64,000 bases of DNA from Candidatus Ozemobacteraceae bacterium (lineage in GTDB: Bacteria > Muiribacteriota > Ozemobacteria > Ozemobacterales > Ozemobacteraceae): positions 288,001-352,000 of the forward strand of contig OZ223236.1 of assembly GCA_965140445.1 (NCBI GenBank), in the 5' to 3' direction. The notes beneath the pieces were generated by a model. That model searched no databases and was not told where the DNA came from. It saw only the letters and a program-made list of their open reading frames with translations. Position 1 is the first letter of the stretch. The number at the start of each line of letters is the position of its first letter. Shown here in pieces: positions 1 through 9,417 of the stretch. The translations under genes were made by a program, and so were the position numbers.

Positions 1-301
1 TGCGACCAGTCATTTTTTCTTTTGCTTTCTTAACCTGGCGTTCAATTTTATCAGTTACCATGTCTATTGAAGCATAGAGGTCTTCAGAAGCTTTTTTCCC
101 ACGGAGAACGTTTCCATTTGCCCATACTGTTACTTCGCAAACCTTGCTGCGACTGGTATCTTTAGAATCTTTTACAGAAAGAGTTACATCTACTTCGATA
201 ATGTGATCAAAGTATTTCTTGATCGACATCAACTTTTTCTCAGCATATTCTTTGAGTGCTGGAGTCAGTTGGAGATTTTTTCCCTTGATAATTACTTGCA
301 T
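1..301 (-). CDS. hpf: Ribosome hibernation promoting factor (HPF/RaiA), 3' end runs off the window
   Basis: Manual translation from ATG at 301, SD GGAGG upstream: MQVIIKGKNLQLTPALKEYAEKK...EDLYASIDMVTDKIERQVKKAKEK, the S30AE/HPF signature. Absent from the ORF track because it is truncated. Confidence 0.93.
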   Translation of the reverse strand, partial: MQVIIKGKNLQLTPALKEYAEKKLMSIKKYFDHIIEVDVTLSVKDSKDTSRSKVCEVTVWANGNVLRGKKASEDLYASIDMVTDKIERQVKKAKEKMTGR

Positions 302-359
302 ATGATGCCTCCGAATATTGAGGAATAGACGCTATAAACGTCTTTCTTAAGGGTGACAA

Positions 360-388
360 ATATTAGCACACCCCTCCTACAGTGTCAA
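360..388 (-). promoter_or_regulatory. sigma70-type promoter for hpf
   Basis: Minus strand TTGACA-17 nt-TAATAT with TG extension. Confidence 0.7.
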
Positions 389-552
389 GATACACCAAAT
401 GGAGGCAAAAAAACAAACAAATTTGTAACTTATTTGTGACTTCAATCGTATTTACTGTGGGAATAAATTTTGTACAAAAGTTACCAACTAGCTAATACAG
501 TAGATTCTGTACAGAATATGAACTAAAAGTTTTTTATTGGAAAGAGTAATAA

Positions 553-1554
553 ATGTTTTATGTCAAAATAAAAACGCATTTGCTAATCATCGCCTTGATT
601 TTAATCTCATGCATACCTTCATTTTGCCGTTCAAATATTGATTTTAATGTTTGCAAGGAAATGATCAGGTCTATCCTTGTAGATTCACAAAACAATTATT
701 GGATAGCAACTTTTGGCGAAGGCCTATGGAAGGGAGAAAAAACCAAGAAAGGCTCAAGGCATTTTTCGAGACTGAAAAGCAACGATGGAATTTTTCCTCA
801 CGAAATGATTAATCATATGATATGGGACGGAAACAACATTCTTCTTGCCACAGCTGGAAAGGGAGTTCAAGCTTACAATCCTCAAAATAATATCTTTTCT
901 CAATTTGCTCCGACAGGTGACTTTGATCGACTTCACGGTTTAATCAGGCTTAGTTCGGGCAAACTTATTCTAGGTTCCGTAGGCAGTGGAAGTGCTGAGT
1001 TAAAAAACGGTCGCTGGCAAAGACTCGGTAACTATCTTCCAGATTTTTTAGCCTGGGTGAACAGTTTTTATGAAACTGAGGACAATGTTTTTATTGCAAC
1101 CTCAGGCGGTCTATATTTTGTTCCTAAGAAAAAGGAAATTTTTAAAGCCTGGGATCCAATGGATACCGGCTTAGACTTTTCTGTTAATTCAATCATGAAG
1201 CTGGAAAATACGATTTATATAGGCTCAGCAATGAGAGGCCTTTATAAAATGGTGGAAGGAAAATGGCCAAAGCGCATTGCTGAAAGCAAGGGAGGCTTTT
1301 ATCAGTTAATTTTGTGGAACGATATGCTTGTAGCTGCTGGAACAAACGGACTCTGGACTATTTCTAAAAAGGGAAAAGTCAGTTACATCGCCAGTTATTG
1401 CTTTTCTACTCCCAAAACCCTTGCAATTAACAAGGAAAATGCCTTGTTGATTGGTACAATTTGTGGTGAGATAATAGAAACTAGCAATCTAATAAACTAT
1501 AAAAAGATTTGGAACCTAAGTGATTGTGTTTCAGGGGGAGAAAAAGATGATTAG
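553..1554 (+). CDS. Secreted beta-propeller protein (two-component-regulator-propeller-like repeats)
   Basis: N-terminal hydrophobic signal; repeats such as SILVDSQNNYWIATFGEGL, VFIATSGGL and IYIGSAMRGL. Confidence 0.7.
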   Translation: MFYVKIKTHLLIIALILISCIPSFCRSNIDFNVCKEMIRSILVDSQNNYWIATFGEGLWKGEKTKKGSRHFSRLKSNDGIFPHEMINHMIWDGNNILLATAGKGVQAYNPQNNIFSQFAPTGDFDRLHGLIRLSSGKLILGSVGSGSAELKNGRWQRLGNYLPDFLAWVNSFYETEDNVFIATSGGLYFVPKKKEIFKAWDPMDTGLDFSVNSIMKLENTIYIGSAMRGLYKMVEGKWPKRIAESKGGFYQLILWNDMLVAAGTNGLWTISKKGKVSYIASYCFSTPKTLAINKENALLIGTICGEIIETSNLINYKKIWNLSDCVSGGEKDD

Positions 1555-3121
1555 GAAAACCAAACTTGTAACTCTTATAATTTCAGCACTTATTCTTTCG
1601 ATTTATCTACCTTTGTTTGCTGCTTCATCTACAGCGCTGGATAAATATATTGACCAGGCAAAAATGACACTTAAATCTGGTGATGCAAACAAAGCAGCAC
1701 AACAGTTTAATGCTATTCTTACCCACAAGAAAGACGCTATTAGCTCTCACCCCCGTCAAGCAGAAGTCTGGTATTACTTTGGCCTTGCCTTAAAAAAACT
1801 TGGAAAAACAGAGCTTGCCAGGAAAGCCGTTGATAAAGCCAGGTCGCTGAAAAATGTAAGTAACCAGAGCCAGAACAAACCGGAAACAAATGACATAAAT
1901 TCAGTATCAGTAGAAGATAAAAAGGTTGCAGAAAATTCTAACCCAGATATTTCATCCCAGGAAAAAGCTGGAAACGCCTATTCATTAGCTTCTTTGAAAA
2001 ATCCAAAGGCAATTGAAACCTATCGCCAGGGTTCAATTTATGAAGATCAGGGGGACATAAAAGCTGCCGTAGATTTTTACTTGAAAGCTATAAAAAGCGA
2101 GCCGGATAACATTGAATTGCTTTCAAAAACAGGCTTACTTCTTAACCAGCTAGGGGGAGTTTATTACAATAACGCCCAAACAGTATTGGACTCATTAGAA
2201 AAGTTAAAGAAAGACCCTCTCTCAACAGAGGAGCGACTTGCTCAGGCAAGAGCGAATATCTACTCTGATAAAAAAAATCTTCCAAAAGCGGACACTATTC
2301 TCAAAAACATGGTTAAAGAAGATGCAAACAACGTTAATCTGATACTACTTTTGGGAGAATTAAAATCTGAAGAAAAAAAATATTCAAAAGCCATAGAGTT
2401 TTTTGAAAAAGCTAAAAAAGTTTCCCCCGATATCGCTGCTCCTTTTATAGGAATTGGGAATGCCTACATAGGCCTAAAAAACTATAAAAAAGCAACATCA
2501 GTTCTTACAGAAGCAAGTCTCAGATGGCCTGAAAATCCCATGCCTCTCATTGGCCTGGGAAAAGCCTATATGGCAATGGAAAACTTTCCAGAAGCTCAAT
2601 TGGTATACAATAAAGCCTACCAGATATTCCCAGATAACTTTGAGATAAACCTGGCTCTGCTATCAATTTATGCCCGAGCCTATAGCTCTAGAGCGGCAAG
2701 GCACTTAAAAAAGTGTTTAGCAATAGCACCAAATGATCCAAGAGTGGCTTATTGGCAAGCCATTTATATGGAAATAGATGAAAATCTAGTAAAAGCTATG
2801 ACCAACTATTCCTGGCTTGCTTATTTGAATAGTGAAATAGGAATTCGTGCACGAGTCCGGCTTGGACAAATATTCTCTGGTATGGGGACAACAACATACC
2901 CTGGCAACATTCTCATGCAACACAGACCTAGCTATTCATCAAACTACAAAGAAGTTATTGATAAAAGATTGGCTTATAACTACTTTTCAGAGGCTTTAAC
3001 CATGGACCCGGGTCTCCCAGAGGCCAAGCAGATACAAAGCTGGCTTGATTCAAACGAAGAGGAAATTAGGAGAAATATTCAATTTGAAGAACATGTTCAG
3101 AGTCTTTTTAGACAACGTTGA
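1547..3121 (+). CDS. Secreted tetratricopeptide repeat protein
   Basis: Signal peptide after ATG 1547 (SD GGGGGAG; the ORF track starts at 1520); many TPR units (AEVWYYFGLALKKLG, LIGLGKAYMAMENFPEA). Confidence 0.85.
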   Translation: MIRKTKLVTLIISALILSIYLPLFAASSTALDKYIDQAKMTLKSGDANKAAQQFNAILTHKKDAISSHPRQAEVWYYFGLALKKLGKTELARKAVDKARSLKNVSNQSQNKPETNDINSVSVEDKKVAENSNPDISSQEKAGNAYSLASLKNPKAIETYRQGSIYEDQGDIKAAVDFYLKAIKSEPDNIELLSKTGLLLNQLGGVYYNNAQTVLDSLEKLKKDPLSTEERLAQARANIYSDKKNLPKADTILKNMVKEDANNVNLILLLGELKSEEKKYSKAIEFFEKAKKVSPDIAAPFIGIGNAYIGLKNYKKATSVLTEASLRWPENPMPLIGLGKAYMAMENFPEAQLVYNKAYQIFPDNFEINLALLSIYARAYSSRAARHLKKCLAIAPNDPRVAYWQAIYMEIDENLVKAMTNYSWLAYLNSEIGIRARVRLGQIFSGMGTTTYPGNILMQHRPSYSSNYKEVIDKRLAYNYFSEALTMDPGLPEAKQIQSWLDSNEEEIRRNIQFEEHVQSLFRQR

Positions 3122-3153
3122 TTTTTCAACTGCCCAAAATTGAGGAGGAAAAA

Positions 3154-5811
3154 ATGAAAGTTTCAAGATTTTGCAAAGTGTTGGGATCAGTAACCCTGCT
3201 ATCCCTAAGTTTAACTCTGGCCCCGCCAGCAGAAGCTGTCAAGGTTACACCTGGCAAAGAGTCTCGCTATTTTGAGCAGTCTACCATCCGACCATTTGAT
3301 CATAGTGGAAATATTCTTGATGATGATATGGACATTAGAAGGGTTACTGGAAAGCACGACAACCCAGAAGCTCAGATTGCAGTATGGATGCCAATGGTTG
3401 AACCTGATCCTGTTGAAAAAACAAAAGACAACAAGCTTACAAATAACACATTGATTTATCGTAATACCGGCCCTACCAAAGATAAATTTCCTTACATTGT
3501 CAAAGACAAATCAACTGGTGAATTCTATGCTTACCGCAATGTAAAATACCATTGGTTCTTTGAGCAACCAGATGGAGATAAGAAGAAAGTTGGTGAGGGC
3601 AATAAAAATGGAGTTTCAGGCGGTGAAGTCTGGACCCCGTTTATGAATTTAAGAAGCGCAAATAAAAGCTACTTTGAAGATTTAGCAGAAAACAAAGTAA
3701 CAGAGAAAGATATCTGGGATAAAAAGCTCTATCCAAATAAGCATGCGGCAGCTTTTGATTCAGGAATCGCAGGGGCGGATGCCGTAGAAGATTCAACTCT
3801 CCTTCAGCAGGTTGGCATGATAATGACGTATGAAGTTGCTCCTCTGGGAAAATCTATTACAACCTCGGGCCCTGGTTATCCAGACAAAGCTTTGGACACA
3901 GCTGATCCAGCAGGTGAGATTCCTGGAACAGTGAATCTGGCAACAGCTCCAGATGACAGTAAATTTGAGAAAAAAGTAAAAACAAAACCAAAACCAGCAG
4001 ATCTAGAGTCCTGGAACCTAACTGCCACTATTGACGGTAAAACCTACACCGAATTTACAGATTACAACGTTGTTTATGTTGAAGACTATGTTTACCCTGA
4101 AGTTTCAAAAGATTTTCTTGATCCAAAGGGAAGCGTCTATACAGGAATAGTAGGAAAATATCTCGGTTACAATGGTGGGAAAAAGGGTATGGAAGTCTCT
4201 TACAGCAACGATAATCCTGATTTACTTCCAACTTCACCAGCGATTTCATCAAGCTTCGATTATTATTTTTCCAACGATGAACTCTACAATATGAAAGATC
4301 CATTTGAAGATGGAAAAGTGATGTTTTTCTATTGTCTTAAAAGCAACGGAGCCTATGGCCCATACATAGGTAAAGTTAATGAAGGTATGGAAAGAGATTT
4401 CTACGAAGGACACCATCCATATTGGAAAAGTGCTCCAGCAGAAAAACGTGAAGAATTCCTTGCAAATAGATATGCAAATTGCTGGGATGCCAATTTCCTT
4501 GAGCCATGGGAAAAAGGTGCAGTCTACTTTATCCTTTATAGAGGTGGCTCAGGAAAAACCAGAGTTAGTCAGCTTAACGATGCATGGAAAACTAATGATC
4601 CTTCCAAACTATCTGTATTAGAAGATATGAAAGCAGAATTGGCAGGAAAAACAGGAGAAGTAGTAGAGTCAGCCAAGGCTTCGCTAGTAGCTCTTGAAAA
4701 CTTCATAAAATCATCAACAGAAGGAACTCGTTCAGCAACAAGGTTTGCTCACATTGGCTTTACTGCAGACACAGGCCGTTGTTCAATAGGCAAAATTACT
4801 CTGGAAAATATACCAGCACAACATTCTGAAAAAGTAGAAACTGTTACAGACCCTTCAACAGGACAAGCGGTAAAGGTAAAAACAGGTTCATGGACAGTTG
4901 CAGGTAAAAGAGTTATTATGCCTCGCCATTTTGCAACAAATTCCATTGAATGGAATGATAGTACTCCAAATCCACCTGCTGGAGCAAAAACTCCAGAAAT
5001 GGTTAACTACTACAACGAGCTCTGCAACCATCCACCAGACATGCTAATGACTCAAGAGGTTTCAAACTGCTGTGGAAATGCCGCTCCTGCAGGTTCGTTA
5101 ATAAAAGTTGATGACAGCGCCGGCATCAGCAAACCAATGCTTCAGATAACAATTGAAGATTCTAACAACGGCCAGACACATAAAATTGGAGTTCCTCCAA
5201 TGGAATCATTGGATGCTGGTTCAGAGCTAATTTGCAGAGATAAAAAATCAGGCTCTATTGTAAAAACATACGGTGACGATGGAGTTCATGAAGATTTTGA
5301 TATGGCTACAAAAGACTGGGTCATCAAGAAACCTAGCGGAGAAGAAGTTAAGCTTCCAAGTATCCCTACGGATCTTGAAGGTCCAGATAAAAACGGAATT
5401 CCTGTTGAAGATCAGCGTATAAAATTCAACATCTCTCCTTACGACAATATCGATAGCTTAACTCCTTTCAGAGGAATATTGAAAACAGAAGTTGAGATTG
5501 AAGCCCTGGATGAAAATCAGAACCCTACTGGCCAGCTTGAACAAATAGAATACGAAAAAGACGGACAAATGATGGCAAGCACAAAGATAGTAGCTGATGG
5601 AAGTGGTTTAGACAGATATAAACTAAATGATTTTGATCCTAAGGTAAGCTTTTACCATATATTTAGAGCTCCAGGCTGGTATCAGTTCAGAGTTAAAGCT
5701 CATGATAGAGCAAAAGATGGTAGCCTTGGAAATTCTCGAGAAATGAAATTCAATATAAATGTAGCCCCGGCAAGCTTTAAAACAAGATCTCTCGACGGAA
5801 GCTCCAGATAA
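3154..5811 (+). CDS. Large secreted hypothetical protein with possible C-terminal Ig/PKD-like domain
   Basis: ATG 3154 with SD GAGGAGG; signal peptide ending AEA; C-terminal HIFRAPGWYQFRVKAHD beta-sandwich-like segment. Confidence 0.75.
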   Translation: MKVSRFCKVLGSVTLLSLSLTLAPPAEAVKVTPGKESRYFEQSTIRPFDHSGNILDDDMDIRRVTGKHDNPEAQIAVWMPMVEPDPVEKTKDNKLTNNTLIYRNTGPTKDKFPYIVKDKSTGEFYAYRNVKYHWFFEQPDGDKKKVGEGNKNGVSGGEVWTPFMNLRSANKSYFEDLAENKVTEKDIWDKKLYPNKHAAAFDSGIAGADAVEDSTLLQQVGMIMTYEVAPLGKSITTSGPGYPDKALDTADPAGEIPGTVNLATAPDDSKFEKKVKTKPKPADLESWNLTATIDGKTYTEFTDYNVVYVEDYVYPEVSKDFLDPKGSVYTGIVGKYLGYNGGKKGMEVSYSNDNPDLLPTSPAISSSFDYYFSNDELYNMKDPFEDGKVMFFYCLKSNGAYGPYIGKVNEGMERDFYEGHHPYWKSAPAEKREEFLANRYANCWDANFLEPWEKGAVYFILYRGGSGKTRVSQLNDAWKTNDPSKLSVLEDMKAELAGKTGEVVESAKASLVALENFIKSSTEGTRSATRFAHIGFTADTGRCSIGKITLENIPAQHSEKVETVTDPSTGQAVKVKTGSWTVAGKRVIMPRHFATNSIEWNDSTPNPPAGAKTPEMVNYYNELCNHPPDMLMTQEVSNCCGNAAPAGSLIKVDDSAGISKPMLQITIEDSNNGQTHKIGVPPMESLDAGSELICRDKKSGSIVKTYGDDGVHEDFDMATKDWVIKKPSGEEVKLPSIPTDLEGPDKNGIPVEDQRIKFNISPYDNIDSLTPFRGILKTEVEIEALDENQNPTGQLEQIEYEKDGQMMASTKIVADGSGLDRYKLNDFDPKVSFYHIFRAPGWYQFRVKAHDRAKDGSLGNSREMKFNINVAPASFKTRSLDGSSR

Positions 5812-5830
5812 AATATTACAGTGTTTAATA

Positions 5831-5869
5831 AGTGCCAGCTTCAGGCTTTCATGGCCTGGAGCTGGCATT
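5831..5869 (+). other. 16-bp intra-operonic stem-loop (weak terminator or mRNA stabiliser)
   Basis: AGTGCCAGCTTCAGGC-tttcatg-GCCTGGAGCTGGCATT with two G-U pairs and only a short U tract. Confidence 0.6.
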
Positions 5870-5901
5870 GTTTAAATTACTCATTGCAAGGAAAATGTAG
5901 A

Positions 5902-6891
5902 ATGCAAAAAAAAACTCCAGCTTTAGTATTGTTTATTATTGCAGCCATTTTAGCGGTTTTTTGCAAAGTCGAGGCTGCACAGCTAAAAGTAATACCACTA
6001 TTAAATGAGCACATTAAAAATACCCGAATTCATGACGTTGCTTGCGAAAACGATACAGTAGTTTGGGGAACAGATCATGGTGTTGTCTTACAAAAGGGTG
6101 AAAAGATCGAATTCTATGATTCAAGCAACTCCCCCCTTAAAGATATAAAAGTTTCAGCTGTGGGAGTTTGCGATGGAAAAATATGGATTGCTCAATCCGA
6201 CCACAGCAAAGGATACGGAATTTTTGAGCTATATGAAGACGAATGGAAAAACTATAGAAAGCCTGAAACTGAAGGAATATTAAATAACCAGATAGTAAGA
6301 ATTCATGTAGATCAGGATAAAAAAACCTGGTTTGGTTATTATAAGTATGGAATAGGAAATTTTGTAGAAGCAATCCCACCAAGATTTGCTTCAAAGAAAG
6401 TTTTGTATCTGTTTAAATATGAATTATTAAGCCTATTTATGCAGCAAACGCATCTCTGGATAGGTTCAACCAATGGCATTGTCAGATACAGAACAGAAAT
6501 ACCGTCAAAACACTATTTAAACTTTGACAAATGGGTTTACCCGGAATTTCCGGCAGTAGGAGTTTTTGCAATATCTGATTATGGCATTGATAATATTGTT
6601 GCAGGAACCGACCGTGGACTGGCACTTTGGAATGGTAAAAAATGGACCTTAATAAACAAAAAGAAGGGGCTTTTAGCTATTCCCGTTCAATGTATTGTTC
6701 GCATAGGAAATGTTCTATGGCTTGGCGGTTACTCAGGATTACAGAGATGGACCCCAACCCAGCAAGGATTATTATTAACTGAGAAAGATGGCCTCCCCTC
6801 CACTCGAATAACTTGTATGACCAAGGACAAAAACAATAATCTTTTAGTCGGCACAGAAAAAGGCGCAGTTCTAATAAAAACTGCACCTTAA
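5902..6891 (+). CDS. Secreted beta-propeller protein (Reg_prop-like repeats)
   Basis: Probable start ATG 5902, downstream of the hairpin; signal peptide; repeats VWGTDHGV, LWIGSTNGI and DGLPSTRITCMTKDKNNNLLVGTEKG. Confidence 0.75.
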   Translation: MQKKTPALVLFIIAAILAVFCKVEAAQLKVIPLLNEHIKNTRIHDVACENDTVVWGTDHGVVLQKGEKIEFYDSSNSPLKDIKVSAVGVCDGKIWIAQSDHSKGYGIFELYEDEWKNYRKPETEGILNNQIVRIHVDQDKKTWFGYYKYGIGNFVEAIPPRFASKKVLYLFKYELLSLFMQQTHLWIGSTNGIVRYRTEIPSKHYLNFDKWVYPEFPAVGVFAISDYGIDNIVAGTDRGLALWNGKKWTLINKKKGLLAIPVQCIVRIGNVLWLGGYSGLQRWTPTQQGLLLTEKDGLPSTRITCMTKDKNNNLLVGTEKGAVLIKTAP

Positions 6892-6932
6892 ATAAATTTC
6901 TGCTAAAAAAGTTCAGGGGAGAATACTCTATC

Positions 6933-8165
6933 TCAGGGTTCCCCCTGAACTTTTTTATAAAATGTTAAATCACCTTTTTTCGTTAAAATCACTTCAGCTT
7001 CCTTCAAAAGCCTATATACATCTACATCTTTTTCTTGTTCCAAAAAGATTGATGCTGAATACGCAGGCCTATAAGCAGTTAATACATGGTCATAAAAAGG
7101 CATTTCTGCAAACTTAGTTAAACTGTTAGGCACTTTTACCTCCCAGAATTCTTTGTCTTTATCTGAGTTAGAATCAGACTTATGGGATTTCTTAACAGGA
7201 TCAACAACAGGTTTAATATTGCTACTTTTTTGCTTACAATCTTCCGCTGACTTATCTAATTTTTTAATTTTTTCCGTATTATTTTCCGCAGGTGCTCCAT
7301 TTCCAAAATGTATTTTCTGCCATTTAGGAAAGACACGAGCTGCTGATGGAGACAAAAAGAAGCGGGCAATTTTTCCTGTAATTCGAAAACCGCTTCTCAT
7401 AGTGTGTTCTCGATTAACTAGCATTAGCTCCTCGGCCAAATCACTTCTTTTAATCAAAAAATCAGCTTCTTTCATTTTTCTAATTTTCCAGGCTTGCTTA
7501 ACAAATCTCCTTCTAAGATCCTCGCGCACCTCATTGGTCATCTTTCCAACTTCTTGTTCAAGAATCTTTAGCATATGATCAAGATAAGCCTGACCATGCT
7601 TCTTCCACATATCTTCTGGAGTATTTCTTATAAGTTCAACAACAGGCATAAGTCGGCTACTTGCGGCAGCCTGACCGGTTCTAACCGGATTTTCAAAATC
7701 AAGTTCAGGAACAATACAAGGAACAAATTCATCAAAAATCTGCAATTGGCCTGGAGAAAGAAGTGCGCGAATTTTCTCTTCCATTCCTGCGATCTTATCT
7801 AGAGCCTCTCCTGTAGTATCATGCAATTTATTGTCAATTTCTACAACTTCACTTCTGAATGCCGGTGGAGCTTCCGGCAAAGACGTATACAGAGCGTCTC
7901 TAAGTTTCGCATATTGTGTTATCGGATCGAAACTCTTTATCTTATCTAAAGAATTTGCACGTATTTCTTCTGCTGACAAAGCCATTTCTGTGATCTTTGC
8001 CACCTGTTCCTTTGTCAAATACATGCCACGCAGCAAATTAACCAGAGAAACATCTTCAATCACTTCTCCCATTTTATCGATATAAGGTTCTGCATTTAGA
8101 ACAGGCCCCAATACAAATATAAAAATAAAAAACAATCCAAATATTCTTCTCATATTATCTCCCAT
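6933..8165 (-). CDS. Secreted hypothetical helical protein
   Basis: 410-aa ORF with signal peptide, 2 bp downstream of the radical SAM gene. Confidence 0.7.
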   Translation of the reverse strand: MGDNMRRIFGLFFIFIFVLGPVLNAEPYIDKMGEVIEDVSLVNLLRGMYLTKEQVAKITEMALSAEEIRANSLDKIKSFDPITQYAKLRDALYTSLPEAPPAFRSEVVEIDNKLHDTTGEALDKIAGMEEKIRALLSPGQLQIFDEFVPCIVPELDFENPVRTGQAAASSRLMPVVELIRNTPEDMWKKHGQAYLDHMLKILEQEVGKMTNEVREDLRRRFVKQAWKIRKMKEADFLIKRSDLAEELMLVNREHTMRSGFRITGKIARFFLSPSAARVFPKWQKIHFGNGAPAENNTEKIKKLDKSAEDCKQKSSNIKPVVDPVKKSHKSDSNSDKDKEFWEVKVPNSLTKFAEMPFYDHVLTAYRPAYSASIFLEQEKDVDVYRLLKEAEVILTKKGDLTFYKKVQGEP

Positions 8166-8167
8166 AG

Positions 8168-9307
8168 CTATTTAACCGTTCCTATCGTTAAGTCATCTAA
8201 CCAGACACCAGGAATTTTATAACCGCATTTAGTACATTGCCCAGCCTTAAGAAGGCTTCTAAGCACTCGAAAACTAAGCCTTTCAATTACTTTATTACCA
8301 CACCCCGGACAATAGGTATGGTTCCCTGCCTGCCCAGGATTATTTCCTGTGTAAGAGAACTTTACACCATGCTTCATAGCAATTTCTCTGGCCAATTCTA
8401 ACGATTCATTTGGAGTTGGCGGAAGGTTCTTTAATTTAAATTCTGGAACAAATCTTGTAAAATGCCATGGAACATCCGTTCCCAAATTCTTTACAAACCA
8501 TTCTGCCCCCATATTTAAATCATCTTTAGAATCATTTAATCCTGGAACCAAAAGGCTTACAACCTCAAAATGATTCCCAGAATCTTTTAACGTTAACAAA
8601 GTTTCTTTTATCGGCTCAAGCATTCCGCCAATTGCCTTTGTATAATAATCCTGTGTAAACCCTTTTAAGCCAACAGCAAACATATCTATGAGTGAAATCA
8701 GATCCTTTAACGGTTCCTTTTTTATATAGCCCGCCGTAACCATAACGGTTTTAAGACCTTTGGACCTTGCCAATCTAGCCACATCTTTCATAAATTCTAT
8801 GTAGATGGTTGGCTCTGTATAGAAAAATGCAACGGTTCGCGCTTTTAAATCTAAAGCTCTTAAAACTACATCTTCTGGGGTCATTGCAAAATTCGTGGTT
8901 TCCAAAGGTGTTTTCTGGGAGAATTGCCAATTTTGACAATACTGGCACTGTAAATTACATCCTGCGGTAGCTATAGACAAAGCTGGGCCATGAACATGGT
9001 AGTGATATAGAGGCATTTTCTCTACCGGGTCAAGAGCTATTACACAGGGCAATCCATAAACAAGGCTTTTATATTCACCATTACGAACTCCGCGTGCCCT
9101 GCAGATACCATTCTGCCCTTCTTCTGGCATACATCCATTAGGACACAATTTACACTGCCATTTTCCATCAGGCAACTTTAAAGCATATTCTGCAGGATGC
9201 GAACTTTCCTCACCCGCCAATAAGGCTGTTGGGGACGCCACGCAACAAACACCGGCAGCGACAGCGCAACCTTTAATAAAAGTTCTTCTGGACAATTCTC
9301 TTTCCAT
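8168..9307 (-). CDS. amrS: AmmeMemoRadiSam system radical SAM enzyme with Tat-like signal peptide
   Basis: CNLQCQYC radical SAM motif, DPVEKMPLYH, N-terminal CKLCP..C..GIC, C-terminal TYCPGC...CTKC; N-terminus SRRTFIK. Confidence 0.88.
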   Translation of the reverse strand: MERELSRRTFIKGCAVAAGVCCVASPTALLAGEESSHPAEYALKLPDGKWQCKLCPNGCMPEEGQNGICRARGVRNGEYKSLVYGLPCVIALDPVEKMPLYHYHVHGPALSIATAGCNLQCQYCQNWQFSQKTPLETTNFAMTPEDVVLRALDLKARTVAFFYTEPTIYIEFMKDVARLARSKGLKTVMVTAGYIKKEPLKDLISLIDMFAVGLKGFTQDYYTKAIGGMLEPIKETLLTLKDSGNHFEVVSLLVPGLNDSKDDLNMGAEWFVKNLGTDVPWHFTRFVPEFKLKNLPPTPNESLELAREIAMKHGVKFSYTGNNPGQAGNHTYCPGCGNKVIERLSFRVLRSLLKAGQCTKCGYKIPGVWLDDLTIGTVK

Positions 9308-9334
9308 TTTTTCACCTTTAAAAGTATTAAGTAC

Positions 9335-9363
9335 ATTATAACAGCCTGTAAAAAAAATGTTAA
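9335..9363 (-). promoter_or_regulatory. sigma70-type promoter for the radical SAM operon
   Basis: Minus strand TTAACA-17 nt-TATAAT with TG extension. Confidence 0.6.
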
Positions 9364-9417
9364 ATCCAATGCAGGCTGGAAGAATTTTAAAAAGTCTGTT
9401 ATCATTTTTTATACGTT

